Counted from the stretch's first letter, positions 1 to 12,412 are shown. The stretch is DNA of 64,000 nt from an uncultured Desulfarculus sp. (GCA_963665125.2 CAXXUK010000001.1:1216001-1280000), one strand, 5' to 3'. Program-made: numbers and translations. Notes: generated by a model from the sequence alone, not told the origin.

Positions 1-422
1 CCCATTGTTCCGGCCACCTCATCCAGAACATCTAGTTCCTGGGCGCTTTCCACGTTGAACATGAGGATGCCGGCTTCCAGGGCTGCTTCGATCTCCCAGT
101 CCTGTTTGCCCACGCCGGAGTAAACAATGCGCTCCGGCGGCACTCCCGCGGCCAAGGCCCGGGCCAATTCGCCGCCGCTGACGATATCGGTGCCTCCGCC
201 CAGGTTGGCGAAGGTGCTGATCACCGCCTTGTTGCTGTTGGACTTGATGGAAACGCATATCAAGGCATCGGTGCCCTCAAAGGCTTCTTGAAAGGACTTG
301 AATTCATCTTCAAGGGCCTTTTGCGAGTACACGAACGCCGGAGTGCCCACCTCGGCCGCCAATTCGGCCAGGTTCACGCCCTCGGCATGAAGGATGCCGT
401 CTATATATTCAAAATAGCTCAT
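1..422 (-). CDS. lysA: Diaminopimelate decarboxylase, 5' part (runs off the window edge)
   Basis: Manual translation from ATG at 422: MSYFEYIDGILHAEGVNLAELAAEVGTPAFVYS...SIKSNSN...DIVSGGEL...IVYSGVGK...FNVES, the typical LysA PLP-binding N-terminus. Not in the ORF track. Confidence 0.92.
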   Translation of the reverse strand, partial: MSYFEYIDGILHAEGVNLAELAAEVGTPAFVYSQKALEDEFKSFQEAFEGTDALICVSIKSNSNKAVISTFANLGGGTDIVSGGELARALAAGVPPERIVYSGVGKQDWEIEAALEAGILMFNVESAQELDVLDEVAGTM

Positions 423-551
423 GATATAGCCGGGCCACAATATGTGCCAGTTGAAGCAACCCGCGACAGCGGATTCTATGATTTCCGCTGTCACGGGTTG
501 GATTAATCTAAACAACTCACGGGCGAAATCGCCCAATATTTTATTTTACTA

Positions 552-1637
552 TCAGCGGCCTATTTCCACCACTTCGCTGAACTCACTTGCATTGCCGCTG
601 GAGTCTATGGCCTGCACGCGGTAGAGATAGGTTTCGCCCTTTTCCGCGCCGCTGTCAGTGTACGACTTGTCCACAATCAGTTCCTGGCTGATCTGAACCC
701 AGGAAGAATCCGGGCCCTTGAGTTTGCGATAAATCACATAGCCTTCAACATCTTTGTCCGGGCTGGGGCTGAAGCTGATGAACGCACCTTCTTCCTGGGA
801 TATGCCGCGCATGTCCTCCGGCGGAGCCGGTTTCTCGGTGTCCTTGGGCATAACGTTGACCGTTTCGGAGAAATTTCCTCCGGCTAAGGTCTTTTCGATT
901 TTCCGCACCGCCTGCACCTTGTAGGCGTAGTTTTTGCCCTTTCTAACGGTCTTATCGATGAAAGTAAGCTCCTTCAGGGGCGCCATGTTCAATTGGCGTT
1001 CCTGGGGACCCAACTGGGGGTCTACCGCTTCGGACGTACGCCAGATAAAGTAGCCCACAATATCTTCGGCGGCGGCGCCTGTGGCCATGGTCGTGACCTC
1101 CTGCCACTCCAACTCGACTTCCGTCTCGGAGACCTTGGCCTTCAGTCCTGCCGGAGCCGCAGCCGGACCAACCCGGTACGCCCTGACCGGCGCGGAAATG
1201 TCGCTGATTCTGCCGTCAAGGTCGATGAGCACCACGCGGTAAACCGACTGCTTGTTCATGGGCGCGTCGGTATCCAAATAGGCGAAACGGCCACCCTCCA
1301 TCAGCTTGGCGGTCTGAGGGGTCTGGGCCTTAAGGTTGAACTGGTGGAACTCCGTGAGCTTTGGCGGACACGGCGGACAATCCGGGTTGCCACCCAGGGG
1401 CAGGTAACCATAGTATAGTTTGACCAGTTCAATGGCCTGACTGGGTCTTTCGCCCTCGGGCACGGTGAACGACACCCGCACGCCGTCTGCCTCAACTTCC
1501 GCCGTCATGTCCATCACCTCTGCCGGTTTAATCTCTGACCGGGCGGTGGGCGGAGCTTTCACGCCGCAACCAGCTGTAAAAATAGCCGCAACGAGAACCA
1601 ACGACAGGCCCGCAATGAACCTCAACCTAATGGCCAT
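552..1637 (-). CDS. Lipoprotein with fibronectin type III domains
   Basis: Signal peptide with lipobox FTAG-C; Fn3-like motifs (GYFIWR...YAYKVQAV; GYVIYR...YTD...YLYRVQAID..GN.SEFS); CPPC motif. Confidence 0.75.
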   Translation of the reverse strand: MAIRLRFIAGLSLVLVAAIFTAGCGVKAPPTARSEIKPAEVMDMTAEVEADGVRVSFTVPEGERPSQAIELVKLYYGYLPLGGNPDCPPCPPKLTEFHQFNLKAQTPQTAKLMEGGRFAYLDTDAPMNKQSVYRVVLIDLDGRISDISAPVRAYRVGPAAAPAGLKAKVSETEVELEWQEVTTMATGAAAEDIVGYFIWRTSEAVDPQLGPQERQLNMAPLKELTFIDKTVRKGKNYAYKVQAVRKIEKTLAGGNFSETVNVMPKDTEKPAPPEDMRGISQEEGAFISFSPSPDKDVEGYVIYRKLKGPDSSWVQISQELIVDKSYTDSGAEKGETYLYRVQAIDSSGNASEFSEVVEIGR

Positions 1638-3040
1638 AAGCGTTTCCTCGCCTCCTCAAGAGCAAAATTCACGTTGGCCCTGGCCGTAGCGCCGGGGCTG
1701 GTGCGCCGGTCCACCGCCCTCTGTGGATCAAGGGCGTCAAAGACCGTCTCATCGACCGTTATATCATGACCCGAGCACAACTCGCGAATTTCTTCCAACC
1801 CAAGTTGCTCAAGGGCGCAATCTTTTTTCTCGGCCAGGCGCACGGCCAGGCCGGTGATCTCGTGGGCCTTGCGGAAAGGCACTCCCCTTCCGGCCAAATA
1901 ATCGGCCAGTTCCGTGGCGTTGAGGAACCCGCCGCGCACGGCCAGGGCCATGCGGTCGGTGTTGACCTTAATGCCGTCCAAAAGCGGAGCCAAGACCCGC
2001 AGGCAGTCCATGACCGTATCGAACGCGTCGAACACCGGCTCCTTGTCTTCCTGCATATCCTTGTTATAGGCCAGAGGAAGACCCTTGAGCACGGTCAGGA
2101 TACTCACCAGGTCGCCGAGGACCCTGCCCGTCTTGCCCCGGATCAATTCAGCCGCGTCGGGGTTCTTTTTCTGGGGCATGATCGAAGAACCCGTGGAAAA
2201 GGCGTCCGACAGCGTCACGAATCCGAATTCGCTGCTGGACCAGATGATCAGTTCCTCGGCCAGCCGCGACAGATGGACCTGCAACAGTCCTAACACAAAG
2301 ATGAACTCGGCTGCAAAGTCTCTGTCGCTCACCGCGTCCATGGAATTGGCAAAAGCGCCCTTGAAGCCCAGTTGCCCGGCGGTGAACGGCGGATCGAGGG
2401 GGAACGTGGTGCCGGCCAGGGCCGCGGCCCCCAGAGGCATGATGGCAGTGCGCCCCAAACAATCGGCCAGACGGGCGCGGTCCCGCCAGGCCATCTCCAC
2501 ATAGGCCAACAGGTGATGGGCCAAAACCACGGGCTGGGCCCGCTGCAAATGCGTATAGCCGGGCATCAGCGTATCGACGTTCTTTTCGGCAAGGCGCACC
2601 AGGGCCCTCTGATACTCCAGCAGGGCCTTGTCCAGGCTTCGGCCCTCATCCATGACCCACAGGCGCAGGTCAGTGGCCACCTGGTCGTTGCGGGAGCGTC
2701 CGGTGTGCAGGCGGCCCGCCGCCGCGCCGATGATCTCGGCCAGGCGTCCCTCCACATGGGTGTGGATGTCCTCGAGGTCAAGCCGCCACTGCATTTTGCC
2801 GGCCTCCACCTCGTCCAGAACCTGATCCAGTCCCTTTTGGATGGCCGCCTCGTCCTCGGGCGAAAGTATGCCCTGCCGAGCCAGCATGGCCGCATGGGCC
2901 TTGGAACCGGTGATGTCCTGGCGGTAGAGCCGCTTGTCAAAGCTGATGGAGGCGTTGAGCCGCTCCATCAACTCGTGGGTGCCTTCCTCGAACCGGCCTC
3001 CCCAAAGCTTATTTTCCGTCTTTTCGGCCACTTTACGCAA
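1622..3040 (-). CDS. argH: Argininosuccinate lyase
   Basis: KLWGGRF, HTGRSRNDQ, PGYTHLQRAQP and GSSIMPQKKNP signatures. Confidence 0.97.
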   Translation of the reverse strand: MRKVAEKTENKLWGGRFEEGTHELMERLNASISFDKRLYRQDITGSKAHAAMLARQGILSPEDEAAIQKGLDQVLDEVEAGKMQWRLDLEDIHTHVEGRLAEIIGAAAGRLHTGRSRNDQVATDLRLWVMDEGRSLDKALLEYQRALVRLAEKNVDTLMPGYTHLQRAQPVVLAHHLLAYVEMAWRDRARLADCLGRTAIMPLGAAALAGTTFPLDPPFTAGQLGFKGAFANSMDAVSDRDFAAEFIFVLGLLQVHLSRLAEELIIWSSSEFGFVTLSDAFSTGSSIMPQKKNPDAAELIRGKTGRVLGDLVSILTVLKGLPLAYNKDMQEDKEPVFDAFDTVMDCLRVLAPLLDGIKVNTDRMALAVRGGFLNATELADYLAGRGVPFRKAHEITGLAVRLAEKKDCALEQLGLEEIRELCSGHDITVDETVFDALDPQRAVDRRTSPGATARANVNFALEEARKRLWPLG

Positions 3041-3064
3041 AAATTCCCCGTTTTGGTTCCAGAA

Positions 3065-4273
3065 CTACTTCATTGCGTCCAAGGCGTGGCGAATGCGCAG
3101 CCTCAGGCCGTTGAGCCTGATGAATCCGGTGGCGTCGGCCTGGTTGTACACAGTGTCGGCCTCGAACGTGGCAAAATCGGGCCGGTAGAGGCTGTTGGGC
3201 GACTGCCTGCCGGTGATGATCACATTGCCCTTGTACAGCTTGAGGCGCACCTGGCCCTTTACCGGGGCCGCGGCCTGGTCCATCAGCGATTGCAGAAGCT
3301 GGCGCTCCGGGCTGAACCAGTAGCCGTTGTAGATCAGTTCGGCGTACTTAATCACCAGGCTGTCGCGCATGTGCAGGACCTCGCGGTCCAGGCACAGGCT
3401 CTCCATGGCCAGGCGTGCGTGACGCAGGATGGTGCCGCCGGGGGTCTCGTACACGCCGCGGCTCTTCATACCAACGTAGCGGTTTTCCACAAGATCCACC
3501 CTGCCCACGCCGTGCTTTCCGCCCAGTTCGTTGAGGCGCTGGAGCATGGCCGCCGGGGTCAGTTTTTCACCGTCTACGGCCACCGCGTCACCGGCCTCGA
3601 AATTAATTACGATCTCCTCGGGCTGGTCCGGCGCAGCCTGGGGCGAAACGCTCAGGACGAACATGTCCTCGGGCGGCTCGGCCCAGGGGTCTTCCAAGAT
3701 GCCTCCCTCAAAGGAGATATGCAGCAAGTTGCGGTCGCTGGAGTACGGCTTTGCCTTGGTCACCGGCACGTGGATGTCGTTCTTTTTGGCATAGGCGATG
3801 AGCGACTCACGGGAATTGAGGTCCCAGATCCGCCAGGGGGCGATGATCTTGATCTCCGGGGCCAGGGCCTGGTAGCCAAGCTCGAAACGCACCTGGTCGT
3901 TGCCCTTGCCCGTGGCGCCGTGGCTCACCGCGTCGACGCCCTCGGCCTTGGCGATTTCGATCTGCCGTTTGGCAATCAGCGGCCTGGCGATGGAGGTTCC
4001 CAGCAGGTAGACGCTCTCATACAATGCGTTGGCCCGGAACATGGGGAACACGTAGTCCCGCACGAATTCCTCGCGCAGGTCGTCGATATAGACCTTGCTG
4101 GCCCCTGTCTTGATGGCCTTTTCCCGCACGGGCTCCAGCTCTTCGCCCTGGCCCAGGTCTGCGGCAAAGGCGATCACGTCGCATTGATACTTTTCCTGAA
4201 GCCACTTCAGGATAATCGAAGTATCCAGGCCGCCTGAGTAGGCCAGCACGATGCCCTTTAGCTTTTCAGTCAT
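3065..4273 (-). CDS. argG: Argininosuccinate synthase
   Basis: [42 protein letters not shown]. Confidence 0.98.
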   Translation of the reverse strand: MTEKLKGIVLAYSGGLDTSIILKWLQEKYQCDVIAFAADLGQGEELEPVREKAIKTGASKVYIDDLREEFVRDYVFPMFRANALYESVYLLGTSIARPLIAKRQIEIAKAEGVDAVSHGATGKGNDQVRFELGYQALAPEIKIIAPWRIWDLNSRESLIAYAKKNDIHVPVTKAKPYSSDRNLLHISFEGGILEDPWAEPPEDMFVLSVSPQAAPDQPEEIVINFEAGDAVAVDGEKLTPAAMLQRLNELGGKHGVGRVDLVENRYVGMKSRGVYETPGGTILRHARLAMESLCLDREVLHMRDSLVIKYAELIYNGYWFSPERQLLQSLMDQAAAPVKGQVRLKLYKGNVIITGRQSPNSLYRPDFATFEADTVYNQADATGFIRLNGLRLRIRHALDAMK

Positions 4274-4311
4274 TTTCGCACCTAAAATTTTAGCAATATA
4301 TGCGTGTTGGT

Positions 4312-5238
4312 TTAATTGTTGTCGCCGATCAAGGCTTCCATGATCGCCTTTTGAATATGCAGTCTGTTTTCAGCCTGGTCCCACACAGCCGACTGGGGCC
4401 CCTCTATTACTTCGTCGGTGATCTCCTCACCCCGGTGGGCGGGCAGGCAATGCAGTACTATGGCATCATCAGCGGCCAAGGACAAGAGTTCCGCGTCCAC
4501 GCAGAATCCGTCAAAGACCTTGGCCCGGCTTCGGGCCTCGTCTTCCTGGCCCATGGAGGCCCAGACATCGGTGCTGATCACCGTGGCGTCCTCGATGGCC
4601 GCCTTGGGGTCTCTGGTCAGGATTATGTTGGCGCCCTTCAGCTTGGCGTGGGCCACGATTTCCGGATCCGGGTCATAGCCTTCGGGGCAGGCCAGGCGCA
4701 GTTCCAATTCCAGGGAGGCAGCGGCCTCGATCCAGGAGTGGGCCATGTTGTTGCCGTCGCCGATCCAGGCATACACCTGGCCTTGCACGTCGTCCTTGTA
4801 TTCCTGCACGGTTTGCAGATCGCCCAGCACCTGACAGGGATGATACAGGTCGGTCAGGGCGTTGATCACCGGCACGGAGCCGTAAAAGGCCAGGTCTTCC
4901 ACTATATCGTGACCATAGGTGCGCACCACGACGCCGTCCACGTAGCGGCTGAGCACCCTGGCCGTATCGGCGATGGGCTCGGAGCGCGACAACTGACTGT
5001 CCCTGGAGGCGATGAACAAGGCCTTGCCGCCAAGCTGAAACACGCCCGTCTCGAAAGAGACCCTGGTGCGGGTAGATGGCTTTTCAAAGATCATGGCCAC
5101 GCTTTTGTCGGCCAGGGGCCGGGGCCTGTCGCCCCTGCCCCAGCCGGCCTTCAGTTCCCTGGCCCTGGCCACCAGGCCCAGCACCTCGTCCGGACTAAGA
5201 TCTCTAATGCTTAACAAATGTTCTGTATTCAACTGCAT
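4312..5238 (-). CDS. argF: Ornithine carbamoyltransferase
   Basis: STRTR, HPCQ and [10 protein letters not shown] motifs. Confidence 0.97.
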   Translation of the reverse strand: MQLNTEHLLSIRDLSPDEVLGLVARARELKAGWGRGDRPRPLADKSVAMIFEKPSTRTRVSFETGVFQLGGKALFIASRDSQLSRSEPIADTARVLSRYVDGVVVRTYGHDIVEDLAFYGSVPVINALTDLYHPCQVLGDLQTVQEYKDDVQGQVYAWIGDGNNMAHSWIEAAASLELELRLACPEGYDPDPEIVAHAKLKGANIILTRDPKAAIEDATVISTDVWASMGQEDEARSRAKVFDGFCVDAELLSLAADDAIVLHCLPAHRGEEITDEVIEGPQSAVWDQAENRLHIQKAIMEALIGDNN

Positions 5239-5253
5239 AGCAATGGTCCCATA

Positions 5254-6453
5254 TCAATTCCCCGTGGGGATTTCTCCGGTGGCCAGCATATCATCGAGGT
5301 TCTCTATGAGGGCGTCGATGTGGGCGTCTTCGATGATCAACGGCGGCAGAAACCGCAGCACGGTGTCCTGGGTGCAGTTAACCACGAAGCCCCTTTCCAA
5401 AAGCTTTAGCACGACAGGCGCGCCCGGCACCGGCAGCAGCAGGCCCTGCATCAAGCCCAAGCCCCTGGTGCCCAGGTTATGGCCCGGATGCTTGTCGCAC
5501 AGGCCCTTGAGCCCCTTGCCCAGCTTGTCCCCGGCCTGGACCACCCGCTCCATGAAGCCGGGCGCGGTCATGGTCTCCAGGACCACCCTGGCCGCTTCCA
5601 TGATAACCGGGCCCGCGCCAAAGGTCGTGGCGTGGGCGCCAGGCTGGAACAAGTCGGCGAACTTTTGAGTGGCGCAGACGGCCCCGGCGGGCAATCCGCC
5701 GGCCAGGCCCTTGGCCAGGGTCATCACGTCGGGCGTCACGCCGAAATGCTCGTGGGCGAATAGTTTGCCCGTCCGGCCCAAACCGGTCTGGATCTCGTCG
5801 AAGATCAGCATTACGCCTTTTTTGTCGCAAAGCTCCCTGACGGCCTTGAGGTAGCCATCGGGCGGCGGCAGCACCCCGCCCTCGCCCAGCACGGGCTCCA
5901 ACATCACCGCGCACACGCTGTCGTCTACCAGGGCCTCAAGCTCGGCCAGGTCGCCCCATGTCACGTACTTGAAGGTCTGGACCAGGGGATCGAAGCCCTT
6001 CTGGATCTTTTCCTGGCCCGTGGCCGAAAGCGTGGCCAAGGTCCGGCCGTGAAAAGATTTTTTAGCCGTGATCACGGTGAAATGGCCTTTGCCCATGGCC
6101 TTGCCCCACAGCCTGGCCAGCTTCAGAGCGCCTTCATTGGCCTCGGCCCCGGAGTTGCAGAAAAACACCCGGTCGGCAAATGAGTTCTCCACCAGAAGCT
6201 CGGCCACCCTGGCCTGGGGCTCGGTGTAGAACAGGTTGCTGACGTGCAGCAGCTTGGCGGCCTGGTCGCTGACGGCCTTGGCAATGGCCGGATGGGCGTG
6301 GCCCAGATTGCATACGGCTATGCCAGCCAGAAAGTCGATATATTCTTTGCCCGAATCGTCTTTTAGAATGCAGCCGTTGCCCTCGGTGAAGCACACCGGA
6401 AACCGGCCATAGGTCTGCATTACGTATTTATCTATTTTTTGTTTGGCGTTCAT
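5254..6453 (-). CDS. argD: Acetylornithine aminotransferase
   Basis: [34 protein letters not shown]; lies in the arg operon. Confidence 0.93.
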   Translation of the reverse strand: MNAKQKIDKYVMQTYGRFPVCFTEGNGCILKDDSGKEYIDFLAGIAVCNLGHAHPAIAKAVSDQAAKLLHVSNLFYTEPQARVAELLVENSFADRVFFCNSGAEANEGALKLARLWGKAMGKGHFTVITAKKSFHGRTLATLSATGQEKIQKGFDPLVQTFKYVTWGDLAELEALVDDSVCAVMLEPVLGEGGVLPPPDGYLKAVRELCDKKGVMLIFDEIQTGLGRTGKLFAHEHFGVTPDVMTLAKGLAGGLPAGAVCATQKFADLFQPGAHATTFGAGPVIMEAARVVLETMTAPGFMERVVQAGDKLGKGLKGLCDKHPGHNLGTRGLGLMQGLLLPVPGAPVVLKLLERGFVVNCTQDTVLRFLPPLIIEDAHIDALIENLDDMLATGEIPTGN

Positions 6454-6475
6454 TTCTCTTGTCTTTCAATAAAAA

Positions 6476-7366
6476 TCATTTTTCCCGGAAGATGGTGCCC
6501 ACACCCTGATCTGAAAAGATCTCCAACAAAAGGGCGTTGGGTACGCGGCCGTCGATAATGTGCGCGCGCTCCACGCCTCGGTTCAGGGCCTGCAGGCAGC
6601 AACTCACCTTGGGGATCATGCCCCCGGAGATGACTCCATCAGCCTGCAAGACGCCAGCCTCCTTGGCCGTGAGCGAATTGATCAGTTTGCCGTCTTCATC
6701 CAGCACGCCCGGCGTGTCTGTAAGCAGGATCAATTTGCTGGCCCGCAGACCTGCGGCAATTGCACCAGCCACCAAGTCCGCGTTTATATTGAAAGATTCA
6801 CCATCCGGCCCAACGCCAACTGGCGCGATCACCGGAATAAAGTTACCGTGCTCCAGGGCATGCAAGACCTGGGGATTGACCTTTTCGACCTTGCCCACCT
6901 GGCCCAGGTCGATGATCTCGGGCGGTTGCTCGGCGCTCTGGCCGCCCCTGGTGATGGTCATCTTGGAGGCCTCGATAAGCCTGCCGTCATGACCGCTGAG
7001 GCCCACGGCCCTGCCGCCGTTGTGGTTGATCAGGCTGACGATGCTGGTGTTGACCTGGCCCTTGAGGACCATCTTGACCACGTCCATTACCTCCGGGCTG
7101 GTCACCCGCATGCCGTCCACGAAATCGGACTTGATGTTGAGCCGGTCCAAAAGCTGGCCGATCTGGGGCCCGCCTCCGTGAACCACCACGGGGTATATGC
7201 CCACGGCCCGCAGCAGAATCACGTTCAGGGCAAAGGCAGTCTTGAGATCTTCGTCCTTCATGGCGTGGCCGCCGTATTTGATCACCACCGTCTGACCGGC
7301 GAACTGCCTGATGTACGGCAGCGCTTCAATCAGGGTCTGGCCCCTATCGGCAGGATTGATAGGCAT
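6476..7366 (-). CDS. argB: Acetylglutamate kinase
   Basis: EALPYI...[25 protein letters not shown]. Confidence 0.96.
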   Translation of the reverse strand: MPINPADRGQTLIEALPYIRQFAGQTVVIKYGGHAMKDEDLKTAFALNVILLRAVGIYPVVVHGGGPQIGQLLDRLNIKSDFVDGMRVTSPEVMDVVKMVLKGQVNTSIVSLINHNGGRAVGLSGHDGRLIEASKMTITRGGQSAEQPPEIIDLGQVGKVEKVNPQVLHALEHGNFIPVIAPVGVGPDGESFNINADLVAGAIAAGLRASKLILLTDTPGVLDEDGKLINSLTAKEAGVLQADGVISGGMIPKVSCCLQALNRGVERAHIIDGRVPNALLLEIFSDQGVGTIFREK

Positions 7367-7378
7367 TTTGTCGGCTTC

Positions 7379-8752
<1,374 letters not shown>

Positions 8753-8944
8753 ATCCGTTTAATCCTCTGTGCCTCGTTTGGGTCGAAAAAGTAATTAATT
8801 ATCATATTATGCCGGTCTTCGCAGCAATAATGGAGCGTCATTTTGAAGGAATGTTATAAGGACTTGATTTAGGCGCGAGTTGAAAACTTAATATAGCCGC
8901 GCCATATTCCTCATAACCGTCATCGGGCGATGTATAGATGCGGT

Positions 8945-10351
8945 TTAGCCAACGGATCTGCCCAGCAACACTTTCAGGTTGCGCCAGATACGGTCAACAT
9001 GGGCGAAGTTGATGTTGCCGTTTTTCACCAAATACAAGTTCTTCATGAGCATGCCCAGGCGCAGCATTTTTTGGACATCCTTTGGGCCGATGCCGGGCAG
9101 AAGAAGGTTGTGGGCCCAAACTCCGGAGATGTCCTTTTCCGGTATGAGGCAATACTTATGGGCCAGCTTATGCAACCGCGAACCGGGCATGGGCGTGGCC
9201 ACCTGCCAGGACATGTATTGAATCAACTTCCTGGATAACAGGCTGCGGCAAAACATGAGCGTCTTTTTGACGTCAGCAGCGGTTTCCCACTTGAGCCTTC
9301 CCTGCTCTTCCCAGGCGTGAAAGAGCATCACAAAGCCGAACACCTCGATGCCCCGTGATTGCAGCAAGGAGCATGTGCTTTCGATCTGGGACAAGGTGAC
9401 GTGTTTGCCAATTCCCTTTAATGTCCTGTCATTGCCGCTCTCGATGCCCAGATGGACCATCCACAGGTTGATGCTCTTGAAGGCGTCGACCAGTTCCTCA
9501 TTGACCTTGTCCGCCCTGAGATTACATTGAAAATATAGGTCCTTATAATTCAAGGCCTTTATCGCGGCGCAAACATCCAAGGCCCATTGTGCGCTGACGT
9601 TGAACTCGTCGGAGGTCATGTAGATTTCCCTGGCGCCCTTTTCGTACAGAACCTTTACTTCCGCGGCGATATTCTCGGGGCTGCGCATCCGCACCCAGGG
9701 TTTATTGAATTTCCACACAGGATTCGAACAAAAATTGCAGTCAAAGGGGCAGCCCCTGGACACGAGCATGTGGGTCTGTGGCGCGGCCTTGTTGATGTGC
9801 ATGCCGTTGTAATTGTTAAGGTCGACAAGCTCCCAGGCGGGCAGAGGTATCGTATCGAGATCGGCAATAAAATCGCGCTTGGGCGTAAAATGCAGGCTGC
9901 CGTCGAGATTGCGCAGGGCCAGGCCGTTCACGGCGCGGATATCGCCTTTGCCGGCCACCGTGGCCACCAGCTGGGTCAAGGTCTCCTCGCCCTCGCTCAA
10001 TACGCAGGCGTCGACATTGCAATTTTCGAATACGGTTTCGCAATTGGCCGTTGGCTCGGGCCCGCCGCAGATGACCAGCAGGTCGGGAAACCGCTCCTTG
10101 ACGGCGTTGATGGTCCGGTAGGCCAGTTGCTTTGTCCAAAAGGCGAAAGACAGGCCGTAGATATCGGGTTTGTGCTTGGCTATCAGGTCCAGGTGCTCCT
10201 GGAGCGTGTAGTCGCCCTCCAGATACACTGTTTCCACCGGCACCTGGCTATACTTTCTCAAGTAGCTGATCAGATAGAGAATACCGATGTTCGGATAGCT
10301 GTTGTCGTAATACGCCTCGCGCCTGGGCGGATCGGCCAGAACAACTTTCAT
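8945..10351 (-). CDS. B12-binding domain radical SAM protein
   Basis: N-terminal cobalamin-binding-type domain (PNIGILYL...GLS...GGPEPT) followed by SRGCPFDCNFC (CxxxCxxC), GIESG and TPMPGS. Start placed at MKVVL after a GAGGGA RBS. Confidence 0.88.
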   Translation of the reverse strand: MKVVLADPPRREAYYDNSYPNIGILYLISYLRKYSQVPVETVYLEGDYTLQEHLDLIAKHKPDIYGLSFAFWTKQLAYRTINAVKERFPDLLVICGGPEPTANCETVFENCNVDACVLSEGEETLTQLVATVAGKGDIRAVNGLALRNLDGSLHFTPKRDFIADLDTIPLPAWELVDLNNYNGMHINKAAPQTHMLVSRGCPFDCNFCSNPVWKFNKPWVRMRSPENIAAEVKVLYEKGAREIYMTSDEFNVSAQWALDVCAAIKALNYKDLYFQCNLRADKVNEELVDAFKSINLWMVHLGIESGNDRTLKGIGKHVTLSQIESTCSLLQSRGIEVFGFVMLFHAWEEQGRLKWETAADVKKTLMFCRSLLSRKLIQYMSWQVATPMPGSRLHKLAHKYCLIPEKDISGVWAHNLLLPGIGPKDVQKMLRLGMLMKNLYLVKNGNINFAHVDRIWRNLKVLLGRSVG

Positions 10352-10467
10352 GGGTCCCTCGATAGCATTTGCCAAAAGAATATTTCAATGTGGACAGGCT
10401 GGTTACGTAACATATCATGGGCATGCCCGGTTGTGATGTCAAATAGGCACAACCGGGTTTTTATTTT

Positions 10468-11841
10468 TTAAGGCTCATAGTCGTCGGAAGGCATGGGCAT
10501 GGGCATGGGCTCGCCGTTGATTATGGGTGCGTATTCGGGCTTCCAGTCCGGGCCGAAGAGACTCATCCACGCGGTCTGGAATAGCGAAACAACCCTGGTT
10601 GCCCAACGCAGCCGCCGTCGTGGCTTGTCTATTTTGCCGCGAAAAAGCCCCTGGAGTTGTTCTGCTGATTCACTTAGCTCGGCATGTAGTTGATCAAGAA
10701 TATCATCAGGAAGATCAACCAATTGTCCGGTAACTGCAAGCGAAGTCTCGCTTTTCATCACCTCTGTCTTATTTTGGTGGGCCAACTGTTTTTCTTCATT
10801 GGCCAACCGCCGCTCGTCCATGGCGATCTTGGCCCACTCCCTGGCGTTCTCGAGGTTTTGCCCCCGGTATGTAAGGTAGGCCTTGCCAGCCGCTATGATG
10901 ATCATGCAAATGGCGGAAATGGTGGCCACTTCAACCGACACCGGCGAATGCATCGAAATACTGACAAGCTCGGCGGCGTATTTGTCTTCTTCGGCCCCGC
11001 CCAGCTCCAACCTGTCCAGGCCCTTGCCCAGGTCATCCCAACCAAGCTCATCGGCCGTATAACAGAGCCGCACGCCCTCGATAAGAAAACTAATTAATTG
11101 CAGGGCCTTGGCCACCTTCAAAGGGTTGAAGTGCTCTGGCAGCGTAAAGTCCACGATCTCCTTTTTATCTACGTCAAAGACCTGCTCGGCGCGTTCTTCG
11201 CGCTTGTTGCGCTGTTCATCGGAAAAAACAAAACCATTAAGGGAGTCCAACTTGGCCCTATTGAGGCAACTCCGGGAGCCTATTTTGGCATTGCTGAGTA
11301 ATGCTCCGCGGAGGTCGGTTCCGCTAAGGGACGCGCCTCTTAAATCAGCGGCAAACATATTTGCCTTGCGCAGATTTGTCCCTCTTAGAATGGCCCCTCT
11401 CAAATCGGCCTTACTCAGATCCGCTTGAAAAAGATCGGCGTCGCTGAGGTTGGCGCCACCGAGTCTTGCATCCACGAGTCGGGCTCCGGCCAGCAGGGCC
11501 CGGCTGAGTTCGGCACCCAACAAGTTGGCGCCGCTCAGATATGAGTTTCGGAGATCGGCGCCGGTCAAGTCGGCATTACTGAGATCGGCGCCGTCTAAGT
11601 AGGTTTCCTGAAGATTTGCGCCGCTTAAGATTGCGGACACCAAGCGGCTTCCGCTGAAGTACGCTTTTCTAAGATCCGCTCCTTGAAAATCGGTTTTCTC
11701 AAGGTTTGCATACTGCAGGTTAGCTCTCGCGCCCTGATCTCCTCCGCTGTTCAGCCATATATCGTGCGCCTTGACAATATTTTGCAACTCGTCTTCATTG
11801 ACTATTCTTAGCTCTCCATAGTCAATTTTATCGTTCGGCAT
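10468..11841 (-). CDS. Pentapeptide-repeat protein with a C-terminal hydrophobic segment and coiled coil
   Basis: Long run of A(D/N)Lxx repeats (ADLRK, ANLQE, ADLSN, ADLTG...); the unrelated C-terminal half contains VATISAICMIIIAAG and a charged helix. GGAGG RBS before MPNDK. Confidence 0.85.
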   Translation of the reverse strand: MPNDKIDYGELRIVNEDELQNIVKAHDIWLNSGGDQGARANLQYANLEKTDFQGADLRKAYFSGSRLVSAILSGANLQETYLDGADLSNADLTGADLRNSYLSGANLLGAELSRALLAGARLVDARLGGANLSDADLFQADLSKADLRGAILRGTNLRKANMFAADLRGASLSGTDLRGALLSNAKIGSRSCLNRAKLDSLNGFVFSDEQRNKREERAEQVFDVDKKEIVDFTLPEHFNPLKVAKALQLISFLIEGVRLCYTADELGWDDLGKGLDRLELGGAEEDKYAAELVSISMHSPVSVEVATISAICMIIIAAGKAYLTYRGQNLENAREWAKIAMDERRLANEEKQLAHQNKTEVMKSETSLAVTGQLVDLPDDILDQLHAELSESAEQLQGLFRGKIDKPRRRLRWATRVVSLFQTAWMSLFGPDWKPEYAPIINGEPMPMPMPSDDYEP

Positions 11842-11869
11842 GCGCGGCCCCTCCCCCAACCTTACTTGC

Positions 11870-12412
11870 CTACAACTTTTCCACCACGATCTGATGGTTG
11901 GTGTAGATACAGATATCAGCGGCGATGTTCAGCGCGGCCTTGGCCATCTCGTCGGCGGGCAGTTCGCTGTGGCGCATCAGGGCCCGTGCCGCGGCCAGGG
12001 CATAGGGCCCGCCTGAGCCGATGGCCGCAACGCCCTCTTCCGGCTCGATGACGTCGCCCGAACCCGAGAGAATCAGCAGGTGACTCTTGTCCGCGGCGAT
12101 GAGCAGGGCCTCCAGGCGGCGGAGCATCTTGTCTGTGCGCCAGTCCTTGGCCAGTTCAACGGCGGCCCTGGGCAGTTGGCCGGAATAGGCCTCCAGTTTG
12201 CCTTCGAGCTTTTCAAAAAGCGTAAAGGCGTCGGCCGTGGCCCCAGCGAAACCGGCCAGGACCTTGCCCTCGTGCAGCCGCCGCACCTTGACGGCCCCGC
12301 CCTTGACCACTGTGTTGCCCATTGTCACCTGGCCGTCACCGGCCATCACGGTCACGCCATCCTTTTTCAGGGCCAATACCGTGGTTGATCTAATCTCGGG
12401 GTTAAGCGTCAT
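11870..12412 (-). CDS. hslV: ATP-dependent protease subunit HslV
   Basis: Short propeptide, then STTVLA...[47 protein letters not shown]. Confidence 0.96.
   Translation of the reverse strand: MTLNPEIRSTTVLALKKDGVTVMAGDGQVTMGNTVVKGGAVKVRRLHEGKVLAGFAGATADAFTLFEKLEGKLEAYSGQLPRAAVELAKDWRTDKMLRRLEALLIAADKSHLLILSGSGDVIEPEEGVAAIGSGGPYALAAARALMRHSELPADEMAKAALNIAADICIYTNHQIVVEKL

Noticed and set aside
2372..4237. 621-aa plus-strand ORF
   Set aside because: Antisense shadow of argH/argG produced by GC-rich codon bias; no recognisable motifs.
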